Positions 19,773 through 29,205 of a stretch of DNA of 64,000 bases are shown piece after piece. Location of the stretch: IMG/VR virus record IMGVR_UViG_3300004807_000021, positions 10,712 through 74,711 of that record; one strand, given 5' to 3'. Positions within the stretch are counted from its first letter, which is position 1, and each line of letters opens with the position of its first letter. The position numbers were made by a program, and so were the translations under genes. The notes below the pieces were generated by a model. That model was not told where the DNA came from. It saw only the letters and a program-made list of their open reading frames with translations, and ran no database searches. The DNA is from a virus.

Positions 19773-20948
19773 TTAGCTGAACTTAACGTTAGCTGAAGTG
19801 ATAGCTACTAGACCTAAATAGTCAGCGGCGTTACCTAGTGATGATGCTGTGTTTGTCAACTCAACATAACCATAACGTGTCATGAATGATACGACTGGTT
19901 CAAATGTTGATGGATCCAATACAACACCACTGCTCATCAATGGGATATATGGGCAATAGAAAGCAGGAGCATCGCTCTCGCTTGAGCCTTTGTATCCAAT
20001 TAGAATTGGAGCATTGTCATATGCATAGCTGTTAACATAAATCTTCATAGCACCGTTCAATGTACCAACGAATTTTGTATTTGTTGGAGCTTCGAATGTA
20101 CCTTCTGTTGTACGAGCAAAAGCTGAAGTAGTAGCAGATTGTAGAATTGTTAAAGCAAATGGGCTTACAACAGCGTAGTTACCAGCACCACGACGTGTAC
20201 GTTGAGCGATCAAGTTGCTTACGCGATTGATCTGAACTGCCAATGCGGCATGCTCATCACCAACGAATGTTGCTGTACCAGATACTGCTGATTGATCATA
20301 AGTTTGTGTAGCTGTACCAGCTAGACTTGTTAATGATGCAATAATTTCTTGGTCGATTTCAGCTGTAATTTCTTGAGCCAAAGCAGCCATAACTTCTGCT
20401 TCAACGTCAATACCTTGTTGGGCTTGAGCGTCTTGAGCGGCTTCAAATGTCCAACGAGCAGACAATTTACGAGTTTTAGCTTCAACTGTTTGTTTCAAGA
20501 TTTGAATTGACATACGGTTACCAGCTTGACCTTCTAAAGAAGCTGTAGTAGCTGCCTTAGGTAAAGTCTCAACTTGGTTACCTGAGTATGAAGACGCAAT
20601 CTTGAATGGGCTTAATGCCTCTTCACCAGCTAGGATGCTAGCACCTGATGATGAATCTGCATAACGCACACGCAATGTGTGGATTTGACCGACTGGGCCA
20701 GTCATTGGTTGTACACCAACTAACTCGTTAGCGATAACGGTTGGCATAACGCGACGGATCACTGGAAGGATCACGCGATTTAGTGTTGCAACGTTGCCAG
20801 CAGAAGTAGCACCAGCAGTTGGAGATTCCATCAAATACTTGCGAGTATTTTCTAGAGTTACACCCATTACTGATTTTTTAGTGCCTTGTAAGCCTTCTAA
20901 TAGGGCTTCCTTAGTTTCTGCCCAACGTCCGTTTAATAGTTCTGACAT
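19773..20948 (-). CDS. gp23: Major capsid protein, T4 gp23 family
   Basis: VIRRVMP..IA.ELVGVQPMTGPVGQI..LR..Y, VEAKTRKL.ARWT.E.AQD, LA.EI..EID.EII, FYCPYIPL and TRYG motifs. Confidence 0.95.
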   Translation of the reverse strand: MSELLNGRWAETKEALLEGLQGTKKSVMGVTLENTRKYLMESPTAGATSAGNVATLNRVILPVIRRVMPTVIANELVGVQPMTGPVGQIHTLRVRYADSSSGASILAGEEALSPFKIASSYSGNQVETLPKAATTASLEGQAGNRMSIQILKQTVEAKTRKLSARWTFEAAQDAQAQQGIDVEAEVMAALAQEITAEIDQEIIASLTSLAGTATQTYDQSAVSGTATFVGDEHAALAVQINRVSNLIAQRTRRGAGNYAVVSPFALTILQSATTSAFARTTEGTFEAPTNTKFVGTLNGAMKIYVNSYAYDNAPILIGYKGSSESDAPAFYCPYIPLMSSGVVLDPSTFEPVVSFMTRYGYVELTNTASSLGNAADYLGLVAITSANVKFS

Positions 20949-20960
20949 TTAATATTCTCC

Positions 20961-22052
20961 TTAGAATTTTAGTCCAGCGAGTTTGCGGATATCGACGATA
21001 TCAGCCGTTTCGCTACTACGGGTTGTGTTGGAAATTTTATTTCCGGTTATTTCTTTAGCCTCTACTAGTGCCTGTTTCTTCTGCGGAGCCTTACCATTCA
21101 ATACTGATGGCAAGTACTTTTCAAAACTTTCGTTAAGACGTTCTGTTTTCACAGACTCCATTAACTCGCTCATGATTTCACGTTGCTCACTGTTAAGTGG
21201 GCTCAGTAACTCGCTCATGATTTCTTTTCTTGTTTGACTCTCTTTAAGAGCACGGACTTGAGCTTCTTTACTTTCTAATAGTTTCTCAGCATCTGCAACA
21301 GCTTTGGCGGCTTCTTGCATTGCTAGATCTTTCAAGTCTATGACTTTGAGTAATTTTGCTGTTTCCGATTTTTCATTTAGGTAACTTGCTTGATACTCTG
21401 AAGCAAAAGCTTCAAATAACTTGCGACCAAAATCTTGACGACGAGCGGCTTCGATGTCTTCTTTCAAGCTGTGAATTTCAGAAGTTAAATTCTCAGTCAC
21501 TACTTGATCAACCATCTTAGCGGCACGTTCAACAAATTGTTGTTTTACCTTCTTGATTTCTTGACGACCTTCGCGAACTAGGCGTACCTTAGTTTCAGCT
21601 AGATCCTTTTTGTCTTGCATAAACTCTGTAATTTCTTGAGCAAGAGCCTCAACTACAAAATGTTCTAACTTACCAAACTTGTTGGCCATAGTAACTTGAT
21701 CTTCGTGCAATTCTTTAACTTCAGAAGCCAATTGACGTGTAACAAATTCCTTCATTACAGCGGCATCTTGCTTCATCTTTTTAGCATACTTGACTTTCAT
21801 CTCAGCTAATTGCTTACGATCATCTGCAAACTCAACAAGCTCTGTAGAAAGTTGCTCGCTGATCATGCGATCAACAGCTTCAATCATTGTATTCTTGTCG
21901 TGTTCGTATTTTTGTGCGAATTCTTCGCGTAGTTGTTGAGTTAGTACTTCACGTGACTCGCTGATGCGAGCTTCGAAAGCCTGTTCAATTGACTCTTTGA
22001 TCTCTTCAGAAATCACATTGTTTTCAAATAACTGTTTTAGCGCATCCAACAT
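20961..22052 (-). CDS. gp22: Prohead core scaffolding protein (gp22-like)
   Basis: 363-aa Glu/Lys coiled-coil protein between protease and capsid genes, the T4 gene 22 position. Confidence 0.8.
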   Translation of the reverse strand: MLDALKQLFENNVISEEIKESIEQAFEARISESREVLTQQLREEFAQKYEHDKNTMIEAVDRMISEQLSTELVEFADDRKQLAEMKVKYAKKMKQDAAVMKEFVTRQLASEVKELHEDQVTMANKFGKLEHFVVEALAQEITEFMQDKKDLAETKVRLVREGRQEIKKVKQQFVERAAKMVDQVVTENLTSEIHSLKEDIEAARRQDFGRKLFEAFASEYQASYLNEKSETAKLLKVIDLKDLAMQEAAKAVADAEKLLESKEAQVRALKESQTRKEIMSELLSPLNSEQREIMSELMESVKTERLNESFEKYLPSVLNGKAPQKKQALVEAKEITGNKISNTTRSSETADIVDIRKLAGLKF

Positions 22053-22067
22053 ATATGATTCTCCTTG

Positions 22068-22703
22068 TTATTGGAGTTTGCTTATTATTGATAATAAGCT
22101 CTCTTTGAGATATTTCTGTGCTTTAGGATCTCCCTTGACCTCTTGCGCTATACGCAAGGCATTTAGACCACCGCGATTATTCATCAAGTGTTCGTAAATT
22201 GGTGTAGGATATGCTCCTGGAGCACTGGGTTGAGCTACCATATCTACTGTGATAATCTCAAAATCTGATACTTCACCGGATCCGTCATCTCTGACGTTTC
22301 CGGATCCGCGACTTGAAACACCTAGCTTGACTCCGCTTTCCAGCATTGTCTTGATAAGCTGTCCCATAGGGGTTGGTAAAATTTTCAGTTTACCGTAACC
22401 ATTAGGACCGTCCATCCACATATTAACTATCATGTGACTTACACGATCCAGGTTAATTTTTAGATCATCTGGATGATCTACTTCTCCGAGAACTGAATAA
22501 CCGTTCTGAATCTGATCGTTAAGGGTCTTAACAGCCTTGCCAATCTCATTAACAGGGTAAACACGCTGGTTAGCGTTACGTATACCGCCCTGGATACAAA
22601 TCCCGGACATGTACAAGTTCTTACCGTCTTTGTCATCAGATTCAACGATCATTTTTGCTTCGTTGAAACTGAGATTCTCTCGGAGGTATAACATATTTTT
22701 CAA
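22068..22703 (-). CDS. gp21: Prohead protease, T4 gp21 family
   Basis: GI.IQ....N.N.RVYP, LGEVDHP, INLDRVSH, GVSSRGSG and D.VAQPSAP.AY motifs. Confidence 0.95.
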   Translation of the reverse strand: MKNMLYLRENLSFNEAKMIVESDDKDGKNLYMSGICIQGGIRNANQRVYPVNEIGKAVKTLNDQIQNGYSVLGEVDHPDDLKINLDRVSHMIVNMWMDGPNGYGKLKILPTPMGQLIKTMLESGVKLGVSSRGSGNVRDDGSGEVSDFEIITVDMVAQPSAPGAYPTPIYEHLMNNRGGLNALRIAQEVKGDPKAQKYLKESLLSIISKLQ

Positions 22704-22715
22704 TGTCGTCTCTTA

Positions 22716-23549
22716 TTACTTACGTGCTTTCAAGATGCTCTGCTTGTTATCAGCAGTTTCTTTCTTGCCAGCTTTTTCTGGACCATGACCTGGTTCATGC
22801 TTCTTAAATGCTGTTTTACCTGCATTTGATTGTACACGATTGTGTACGTTCATGCCTTTAGTCAAGTCGTCTGGTGTATTCTTAGCTAGTCCGCCAGTTG
22901 TTCCACCGCTTGTTGTGCTGAAGTTCTTAGCGATATTAGCAGTTGTTCCACCCATATCGTTCTTCATGTTGTCAATTGTTGACTTTGTATTTTGTCCATT
23001 GTCACCATGTGTTACGGATACTTTCTTGTAGTATTCCATCATTGGCTCTGGACTACCCATACCATCTTCTTCGTCCATGCCCATGTCCATGTCATGTCCT
23101 GCGTCATGGATTGCGTCCATGTCGTGATGTCCTTCTTCGCCTTCTTGTGACAATAGTTGTTCAAATTCTGCTTTTAGGTCTTCCAATGCATCTTCTAGAT
23201 CCATTACGCGATCTTCGATATCACCGTCTTCACCCTCTTCGTCACCAAAATCTGGCTCTTCTTCGCCGTCATCTTCTGGATCTTCACCATCATCTTCTGG
23301 CTCTTCACCATCATCTTCTGGTTCTTCGGATTCTTCCTCGTCACCTACAGATTCTTCTTCTTCCTCTTCTTCCTCTTCTTCCTTAGCATAAGGATTGCCT
23401 TTGTCTTGTTCAAAGTCTTCGGCTAGTAGTTCTTCGTAAATTTCACGTGATTTAGAAACTACGATATTGTGGAATATTTCTTTAGCTTGGTCAGTATCAT
23501 CATTGATTAAAGCTTCAAGCATTGCTTCGAATTGAGCGCGGTCAGTCAT
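22716..23549 (-). CDS. Acidic prohead core protein (gp67-like position)
   Basis: 277 aa with Glu/Asp tracts and EEPEDDG repeats, between portal and protease. Confidence 0.6.
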   Translation of the reverse strand: MTDRAQFEAMLEALINDDTDQAKEIFHNIVVSKSREIYEELLAEDFEQDKGNPYAKEEEEEEEEEESVGDEEESEEPEDDGEEPEDDGEDPEDDGEEEPDFGDEEGEDGDIEDRVMDLEDALEDLKAEFEQLLSQEGEEGHHDMDAIHDAGHDMDMGMDEEDGMGSPEPMMEYYKKVSVTHGDNGQNTKSTIDNMKNDMGGTTANIAKNFSTTSGGTTGGLAKNTPDDLTKGMNVHNRVQSNAGKTAFKKHEPGHGPEKAGKKETADNKQSILKARK

Positions 23550-23587
23550 GTTAAATTCTCCTGTTGTTGTGATACAAGGCTGTCTAT

Positions 23588-23593
23588 TATTTA
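23588..23593 (-). promoter_or_regulatory. Late promoter core TAAATA for the core/protease/scaffold/capsid operon
   Basis: GTAAATA upstream of the AGGAG RBS of the 23549 start. Confidence 0.65.
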
Positions 23594-23627
23594 CACTAAA
23601 TGAGAATATTAGTGCATATAAAGGCTG

Positions 23628-23652
23628 AAAATAGTCAGTTTTTGACTATTTT
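23628..23652 (-). terminator. AT-rich hairpin, possible terminator after the portal operon
   Basis: AAAATAGTCA / TGACTATTTT perfect 10-bp inverted repeat just downstream of the 80-aa gene. Confidence 0.5.
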
Positions 23653-23663
23653 TACTTATTTTG

Positions 23664-23906
23664 TTAGGCACCAGCTGGAGCTGGTGGTGTGGCGTACATT
23701 GAATGTATAAATTCTAATTCGCTTTCCTGTTCCAATATGTGAGCTTCCGTACTCTTACGTAGCTCGTTAATTTGTTTAAGAGTTAATCTTGTTTTACGAG
23801 TATCACTTCTATGCACCATATCGCCATCGCGATTAGGTTCGTAGCGCAGATCATTAGCCACATGGCGTGTGTCTGGATCGATGTAAAACAATTCTCTAAG
23901 TATCAT
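23664..23906 (-). CDS. Small head-module protein
   Basis: 80 aa (RKTRLTLKQINELRK) between portal and core genes, preceded by TAAATA. Confidence 0.65.
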   Translation of the reverse strand: MILRELFYIDPDTRHVANDLRYEPNRDGDMVHRSDTRKTRLTLKQINELRKSTEAHILEQESELEFIHSMYATPPAPAGA

Positions 23907-23913
23907 ATTGTAT

Positions 23914-25641
23914 TTATGCGGCTGGTGCGGCGCCAGCGGCTGGAGGAGCTGCCGCGGCTCCTGGACTTGGTGTAGCTTCGTCGGAACTCATATCATCTGG
24001 TGCTGACAAGTCTCCTGCGGCATCTGCATCGCCTGCCATACCTGCGGCACTAAGTCCTGCGCTACGCAATTCACCTGCGGCGTCAGTACTTGTAGGTTGT
24101 CCCTTGCCATTTTCTTCTGCCCAGAAACGTTCGTTTTCTGCTACTTCTTCGTCTGTCAAACCCAAGAAACGTTTCAATGCAAAACGCTTTGACATGAAAG
24201 GAACTGCTTGAATTGTATTAAATGTGTTGATACGCTCTGCATCTATGGCCGCTTGACGACTACTTGCAAAGTTCATTGGAGGATTAAACTCTACTTCAAA
24301 CAATGCTGGATCAATGTTCATGCCTTTACTGCTCATGAACATCTTAAATTCTTCGTCAAATACTGTGGTAATTAAACTTTGTAAGCGTTCGCAATACTTG
24401 TTGAAGCGCAGTTCCTGTATGTAAGCTGTGCCCACACGACCGTCATTAAAGTTACTTTGACTGTCGTCTTGCCCTGTTGGCAAGTAACTGCTAGGTATAC
24501 GTAATCCACGGAATAACTTGTTAGTAAAGTACTTCAAGTCATCAATTTCGCCTATATTCTTACCGCCTTCTAGCATCTTGACGTCTGATCCTTTGCCGTC
24601 TGCTGTTTTAGGGAAGAAGTAATCTTCATTGATGCTGAGAGGGTTGTATGCAGAGTCTATGACGTTCTGTCCGCCTCCTGTTTGTGACGGAATACGACGT
24701 TGGTGGATTTCGTTTTTAACACGCTCAACAAAGGCCATGGCCAAATGACTGGGCATATTACCCACGTCAATGGTAAACACACGACGTTCTGGAGCACGAC
24801 TTATACGATAGATAAGAATCGCATCTTCTAATAATTCTTTTTGTTTGTAAACTTTGTAGACATTTTCTAATAAACTATTGCCAAATGGATAGTTATTGTC
24901 TAACCCTTCACTCAAACTTAAATGCACTACATGTTCTGCGTTTATAGCATGTTCTGTCATTTGTAAACCAAAACGACTGCTACTGCTAGAACCTGCACTG
25001 CCTTTAGCTCCACCGCTTTGTCCTGAGTAACCGCCTACAGACTGTGGGCCACCTCCACCTTGTCGTGGATTAATATTAGGAGTGATTTGTGTAGCAACTA
25101 GATTAACAAAATTAGGTGCTAGGTCTTTAATAATGTACTGCTCTGGCTTTTTGCCTTCGCTTTCGTTAACAATAACTTTGATAATTTGACTTGTCTCAAC
25201 CCATGACCATTTTTGATTTTCTGGATCACGAATAAAGAAAGCATCACCATACTTAAAAGTATTACGTACAATACGGAATATACGTTTATCAAAGTCTTGC
25301 AAGCGATTCCACTGCTGTAGATACTCGCCTACAATTTTAATTTCAGCATTAGTGGCCTTTTGTCGCCACTTGACAGCAAAGGCACTTTTACCATCTTTGA
25401 GTTTTTGTGTACAGAATTCGGCCAAAATATCCAATGCGGCATTGACTTCTGGATCTGAGTCCATAACTTCATATTGTTGATAGCGTTCAACACGATTTGG
25501 ACTGCCTGTGTATACATCAGGAAGATAACTGGAGTAATTAGTACGTGCAGGTCCTGGTCGGCCGCCACTGCCATTAAGTCCGCTGATTGGGCTTAATTGA
25601 CTATCAACCGTTACAGGTTGGAAATACTTTTTCCATGTCAT
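23914..25641 (-). CDS. gp20: Portal vertex protein, T4 gp20 family
   Basis: LLEDAILIYRISRAPERRVF.IDVGNMP...A, EDYFFP....KGS.V..L.GG.N.GEIDD..YF..KL...L.IP.S motifs. Confidence 0.95.
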   Translation of the reverse strand: MTWKKYFQPVTVDSQLSPISGLNGSGGRPGPARTNYSSYLPDVYTGSPNRVERYQQYEVMDSDPEVNAALDILAEFCTQKLKDGKSAFAVKWRQKATNAEIKIVGEYLQQWNRLQDFDKRIFRIVRNTFKYGDAFFIRDPENQKWSWVETSQIIKVIVNESEGKKPEQYIIKDLAPNFVNLVATQITPNINPRQGGGGPQSVGGYSGQSGGAKGSAGSSSSSRFGLQMTEHAINAEHVVHLSLSEGLDNNYPFGNSLLENVYKVYKQKELLEDAILIYRISRAPERRVFTIDVGNMPSHLAMAFVERVKNEIHQRRIPSQTGGGQNVIDSAYNPLSINEDYFFPKTADGKGSDVKMLEGGKNIGEIDDLKYFTNKLFRGLRIPSSYLPTGQDDSQSNFNDGRVGTAYIQELRFNKYCERLQSLITTVFDEEFKMFMSSKGMNIDPALFEVEFNPPMNFASSRQAAIDAERINTFNTIQAVPFMSKRFALKRFLGLTDEEVAENERFWAEENGKGQPTSTDAAGELRSAGLSAAGMAGDADAAGDLSAPDDMSSDEATPSPGAAAAPPAAGAAPAA

Positions 25642-25653
25642 CGTATGTTATCC

Positions 25654-27939
25654 TTAGGTGGCAAACTTGTTGCCTGACAAACTCTTAGTGGCCTTAACTT
25701 GGGCTTGGGCTGCCGTAGCAGTCTGTTGTGTATAAGTCAGCACTTGCTTCATAGTTATATTTAACTGATGTAAGCTGGCATTGAGATCTTTCATGGATAT
25801 TTCTCCAACAGCAGGCGCAGTTTTTTGATCTGCAGGCTGTTCTTTAGCAGTCTTAGCTTTGGCTTCTGCATCAGCTTTGGCCTTAGTTTCTGCATCAGCT
25901 TTGTTGTCAACTTTGGGAGGACTAATTTTAGTTGCTGTCTTTTCAATTTCATCAAAGTTTGGTAATTTTATTCCGCCAAATCCTTCTATGCCTTTTGGTA
26001 ATGCTTCTGTTATTTTGTCGGCGCCGGATGCTTTAACTAATTTATTGCTTTCCTCACTTGCTTTTTTCTTGGCAGCTTCTAATCCACCTCCTGCATCTAG
26101 TTTAGGTATATCTTCTATCTTAAGGCTTTCAAACCTACGTTTGGCTTCCTCCATTATTTCTTTTGGATCTTTGCCTCCTGGTCCGCCTGCACTGCTAATA
26201 GTAGTCTGAACCATTTTACTCATTTCAGACATCTTAAGACCCATGTTTTGCACAGCTTCGGGTTTTAGCACAGCTTCACCTTTGTGAATTTTTGCAATCA
26301 CGTCAGCAGGTTCTACAGGACTTCCAGTTTTTTCCAGTGTACCACCGTCTCGTTGTTCTTTAGGTTGTGTGCCATTGATTGCTTCTTTACCAAAATCTAC
26401 AACCTTGCCTACACCTTTAGCAACAGTTTCTGCTCCTTTGCCTACAGCTCCTACTGTACTCAATGCTTTACTGCCTAAATCTGTAGGTGTAGGACTTTTA
26501 CCATCGTAGCCTTTATATCCTTGTGTAACTCCTAGTTCAAATGCTTGAGGTTTAGTTACTACTTGTCCATTGCTGAGTTTAGTTTGTGCTCCTAGTGCAG
26601 TATCTGCAAATTTATTAATAGAAGGTCCTGCTTTTTCATTTAGCGGATTTACCAACTTGTTCATTACTGCCGAGCCAGCATCATTCATGCGTTGTTCAAT
26701 GTTTAATGCGGCTTTAGTAGTTGCGGCGCCTTCTTTATCTGTACCATCTTTCTTTTTGGCGGCAGCATCTTCAGCAACTTGTTTGTCAATTGCGGCTAGT
26801 TTTTGTTGATCACTTAGTTTAGCAAAATTAGCATCTTGTTCTAATTTCTTACGTGCATCGTATACTGCTTGATCGTTTTTTAATTGTTGCTGTGCTTGTT
26901 TGTTGTATGCTCCGCCTACATCACCATACAGGGCCGCAGTCATTATGGAAGTATTTTTACTGTTGGCTAGTTGTTCAACACGGGCTTGTTCATTAAATTT
27001 ACTAGCGGCTTCGTGGTCGCCTCTTGCTGTGGCCTTAGCTTGTTCAGCTGTAGCAATAGCTTGTTTGCCCAACATTGCACTTTGAGTTGCGGCTTCTTGA
27101 CTGATGGCATGACCTGTAGCAAATACTTCTTTGAAGAACTGACCTTGACCACGTGCTTCAGCCTGTTGCATTTGAATAGCGAATTCTTTACGTGCTTTGG
27201 CTTCTGCTTCAGGACCTTGTTGTGCGCCCAGTAATCTAAACTTGGCTTCAACCATCGAGTCTGCTTGTGCTTTCTTCAAAGCATCTTCTTGTTCTTGACG
27301 ACTCTTACCTGTCAAGATAGCAGTTTTATTCATTTGATCCGCTAGTTCCGTAGCGGCTTTGATACTTTCTTCGTGACCTTCTTTATTATCTTTGAAACTT
27401 CCTCGTTGGAAACTGATTTGTAATGCTAGAGTATCGTTAAGTTCTTTGTTGGTAATACCCATTGAGCGCAGTCTATCTGTCTCAACGGCATTGTTATCAT
27501 ACATTTCTTTTGTAAGTTTAGCAAAGTTTTCTGCTCCCTTACTGACGTTACCACCTAAGCCAACAAACGCTGTATTGTTTTTTTGTATGGTATCTGTAAA
27601 TTCACCTAGACTGACTCGACTGCCTGCTTGAGCGGCTCGCATGCCCACTAGGTCGTTGCTGAAATTTGCACCAGATTTACTTAGATTCTGAAAAGCACCT
27701 ATGTTTTCTTGAGTGGCAGCCTTTAGATCACTCAGACCTTTACCGGCCGCGTCCGCTCCTACACCTAATCTTTCTTTTAGTTTGTCACCAACTGATCCAG
27801 CATAAGAGTCTGCTTTTTCAAATCCAGTTGTTACTGGGCCTGTGCTTTTAGGAGCCGAGTTACCACCTTGGTTCTTGGCAATAGCATCAGCAATCAGCTT
27901 GGCACCGCGTTCGTCAATTGGTGGTGGAGTGTCGGCCAT
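25654..27939 (-). CDS. Probable tape-measure protein
   Basis: 761-aa Ala/Lys/Gln-rich helical protein with an IHKGEAVL motif near the C-terminal third, close to the gp26/51-like gene. No diagnostic catalytic motif. Confidence 0.6.
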   Translation of the reverse strand: MADTPPPIDERGAKLIADAIAKNQGGNSAPKSTGPVTTGFEKADSYAGSVGDKLKERLGVGADAAGKGLSDLKAATQENIGAFQNLSKSGANFSNDLVGMRAAQAGSRVSLGEFTDTIQKNNTAFVGLGGNVSKGAENFAKLTKEMYDNNAVETDRLRSMGITNKELNDTLALQISFQRGSFKDNKEGHEESIKAATELADQMNKTAILTGKSRQEQEDALKKAQADSMVEAKFRLLGAQQGPEAEAKARKEFAIQMQQAEARGQGQFFKEVFATGHAISQEAATQSAMLGKQAIATAEQAKATARGDHEAASKFNEQARVEQLANSKNTSIMTAALYGDVGGAYNKQAQQQLKNDQAVYDARKKLEQDANFAKLSDQQKLAAIDKQVAEDAAAKKKDGTDKEGAATTKAALNIEQRMNDAGSAVMNKLVNPLNEKAGPSINKFADTALGAQTKLSNGQVVTKPQAFELGVTQGYKGYDGKSPTPTDLGSKALSTVGAVGKGAETVAKGVGKVVDFGKEAINGTQPKEQRDGGTLEKTGSPVEPADVIAKIHKGEAVLKPEAVQNMGLKMSEMSKMVQTTISSAGGPGGKDPKEIMEEAKRRFESLKIEDIPKLDAGGGLEAAKKKASEESNKLVKASGADKITEALPKGIEGFGGIKLPNFDEIEKTATKISPPKVDNKADAETKAKADAEAKAKTAKEQPADQKTAPAVGEISMKDLNASLHQLNITMKQVLTYTQQTATAAQAQVKATKSLSGNKFAT

Positions 27940-27963
27940 AAAAAATCCTAGAAATATATTTTA

Positions 27964-27969
27964 TATTTA
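27964..27969 (-). promoter_or_regulatory. Late promoter TATAAATA for the tape-measure/portal transcript
   Basis: Minus strand reads CCTATAAATAT, a full T4 late consensus, upstream of the 27939 start. Confidence 0.7.
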
Positions 27970-28004
27970 TAGGATTGAATTAACTGCTAGTTTAACCAAC
28001 TGTG

Positions 28005-29117
28005 CTACATGCTGTCAAAACTTCCATATCCGGGTTGTTTTTCTGCGGCAGTTGCTGGTGGTTTGCCCTTGGCCACAACAGCATCATACTTGGCTTTTTC
28101 TTTGGGATCATATTGTATAGCATACTTGACCTGTCCCCAGCTGTCTGCATAGGGCAAGAGATAGCCATCCTTGTCTGTAATGCGCACTCCGCCCACTACC
28201 ACAGAGTTAGTGCCAGATTGTACATTATCTGCATTGCCCAGTTCGGCATCTCGTTTGGCCAGCCTAGGATCTTTATCTCTTTCAGCTTTGGTAACATCAT
28301 AGTAGTTGTCGCCCTTGGCTAGATCTGACATGTCGCCACTCTTCATGGCTTTCTTAAATCCACTTACACCTTTGTAGAATATTAGCCAAGCGTCTTCACC
28401 CACTTCACCAGCAAGTGTTAACGGACCAAATAAATTTTTCACAGCCCATTCTTGTCCTTGTGGACTCATTAACCACCACTGCACTGCCTGTGTCAATACT
28501 TCAAAACTGACAAATCCTAGAAATGCTCCGCCAAATGTGGCCAAGCTGCCAGCAACACTGAGTATGCCCACTATGGCTCTAGTGAGCATGAACACATTGC
28601 TGATCTTTTTGATCATGCCAACTATCAAAGGCAGTGCCACTTGTGCTTCCCATAGACCAATATAGAATCTGCGCCATTCTTTGTATTCGCCTTCGTTGAA
28701 TTCCATGGAAGCATCGCCAGGCATGTCTTTGACCAGTCCTGTTGGATCTGGATTTTTCTGTCCACGCTGTCCTGCACGATAGTCTGCTTCCACTGCGGCC
28801 AAGTGTGCCCACAGTTCATAACAGGCAGTGGCAAAACCAATGGCCTTGAACACTCCCCACCAAGTCATGCCCATGCGACTAGTGCCTGCGCTCTTGGCCG
28901 CTTCAATGTCCTTGGCAAACTCGCCTGCTTCAATACGCTTGTTAATTACTTTTAAGTAGGCTGCTGGATCTTTTTTGATGTTTTTCAAGGCCGCCGCCAT
29001 TTCTTTAGGCGTAACAGCGGCCACTGCCTTGGTCACAGGATTTACTGTTGGAGCGGCTGACTGTCCCCAAGTCAAGGGATTGTACCAAGTTTCAGATATA
29101 ATTTCGTAGACTTTCAT
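28005..29117 (-). CDS. Hypothetical late protein with hydrophobic/amphipathic helices
   Basis: 370 aa. Segments WWGVFKAIGFATACYELWAHL and AIVGILSVAGSLATFGGAFLGFVSF; TAAATA 6 nt upstream of the ATG. Confidence 0.6.
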   Translation of the reverse strand: MKVYEIISETWYNPLTWGQSAAPTVNPVTKAVAAVTPKEMAAALKNIKKDPAAYLKVINKRIEAGEFAKDIEAAKSAGTSRMGMTWWGVFKAIGFATACYELWAHLAAVEADYRAGQRGQKNPDPTGLVKDMPGDASMEFNEGEYKEWRRFYIGLWEAQVALPLIVGMIKKISNVFMLTRAIVGILSVAGSLATFGGAFLGFVSFEVLTQAVQWWLMSPQGQEWAVKNLFGPLTLAGEVGEDAWLIFYKGVSGFKKAMKSGDMSDLAKGDNYYDVTKAERDKDPRLAKRDAELGNADNVQSGTNSVVVGGVRITDKDGYLLPYADSWGQVKYAIQYDPKEKAKYDAVVAKGKPPATAAEKQPGYGSFDSM

Positions 29118-29123
29118 ATCGTA

Positions 29124-29180
29124 TATTTACCTGTTAGACTGTTTGAATAAAAAATACACCAAAAAATACGCATATAAATA
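29124..29180. promoter_or_regulatory. Divergent late promoters
   Basis: Minus-strand TAAATA at 29124-29129 and plus-strand TATAAATA at 29173-29180. Confidence 0.7.
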
Positions 29181-29205
29181 ACACATAATCCCATTTGGAG
29201 ACAGC

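Noticed and set aside
23230-23385. Purine/pyrimidine-skewed short tandem repeats
   Set aside because: They simply encode the poly-Glu and EEPEDDG tracts of the acidic core protein.
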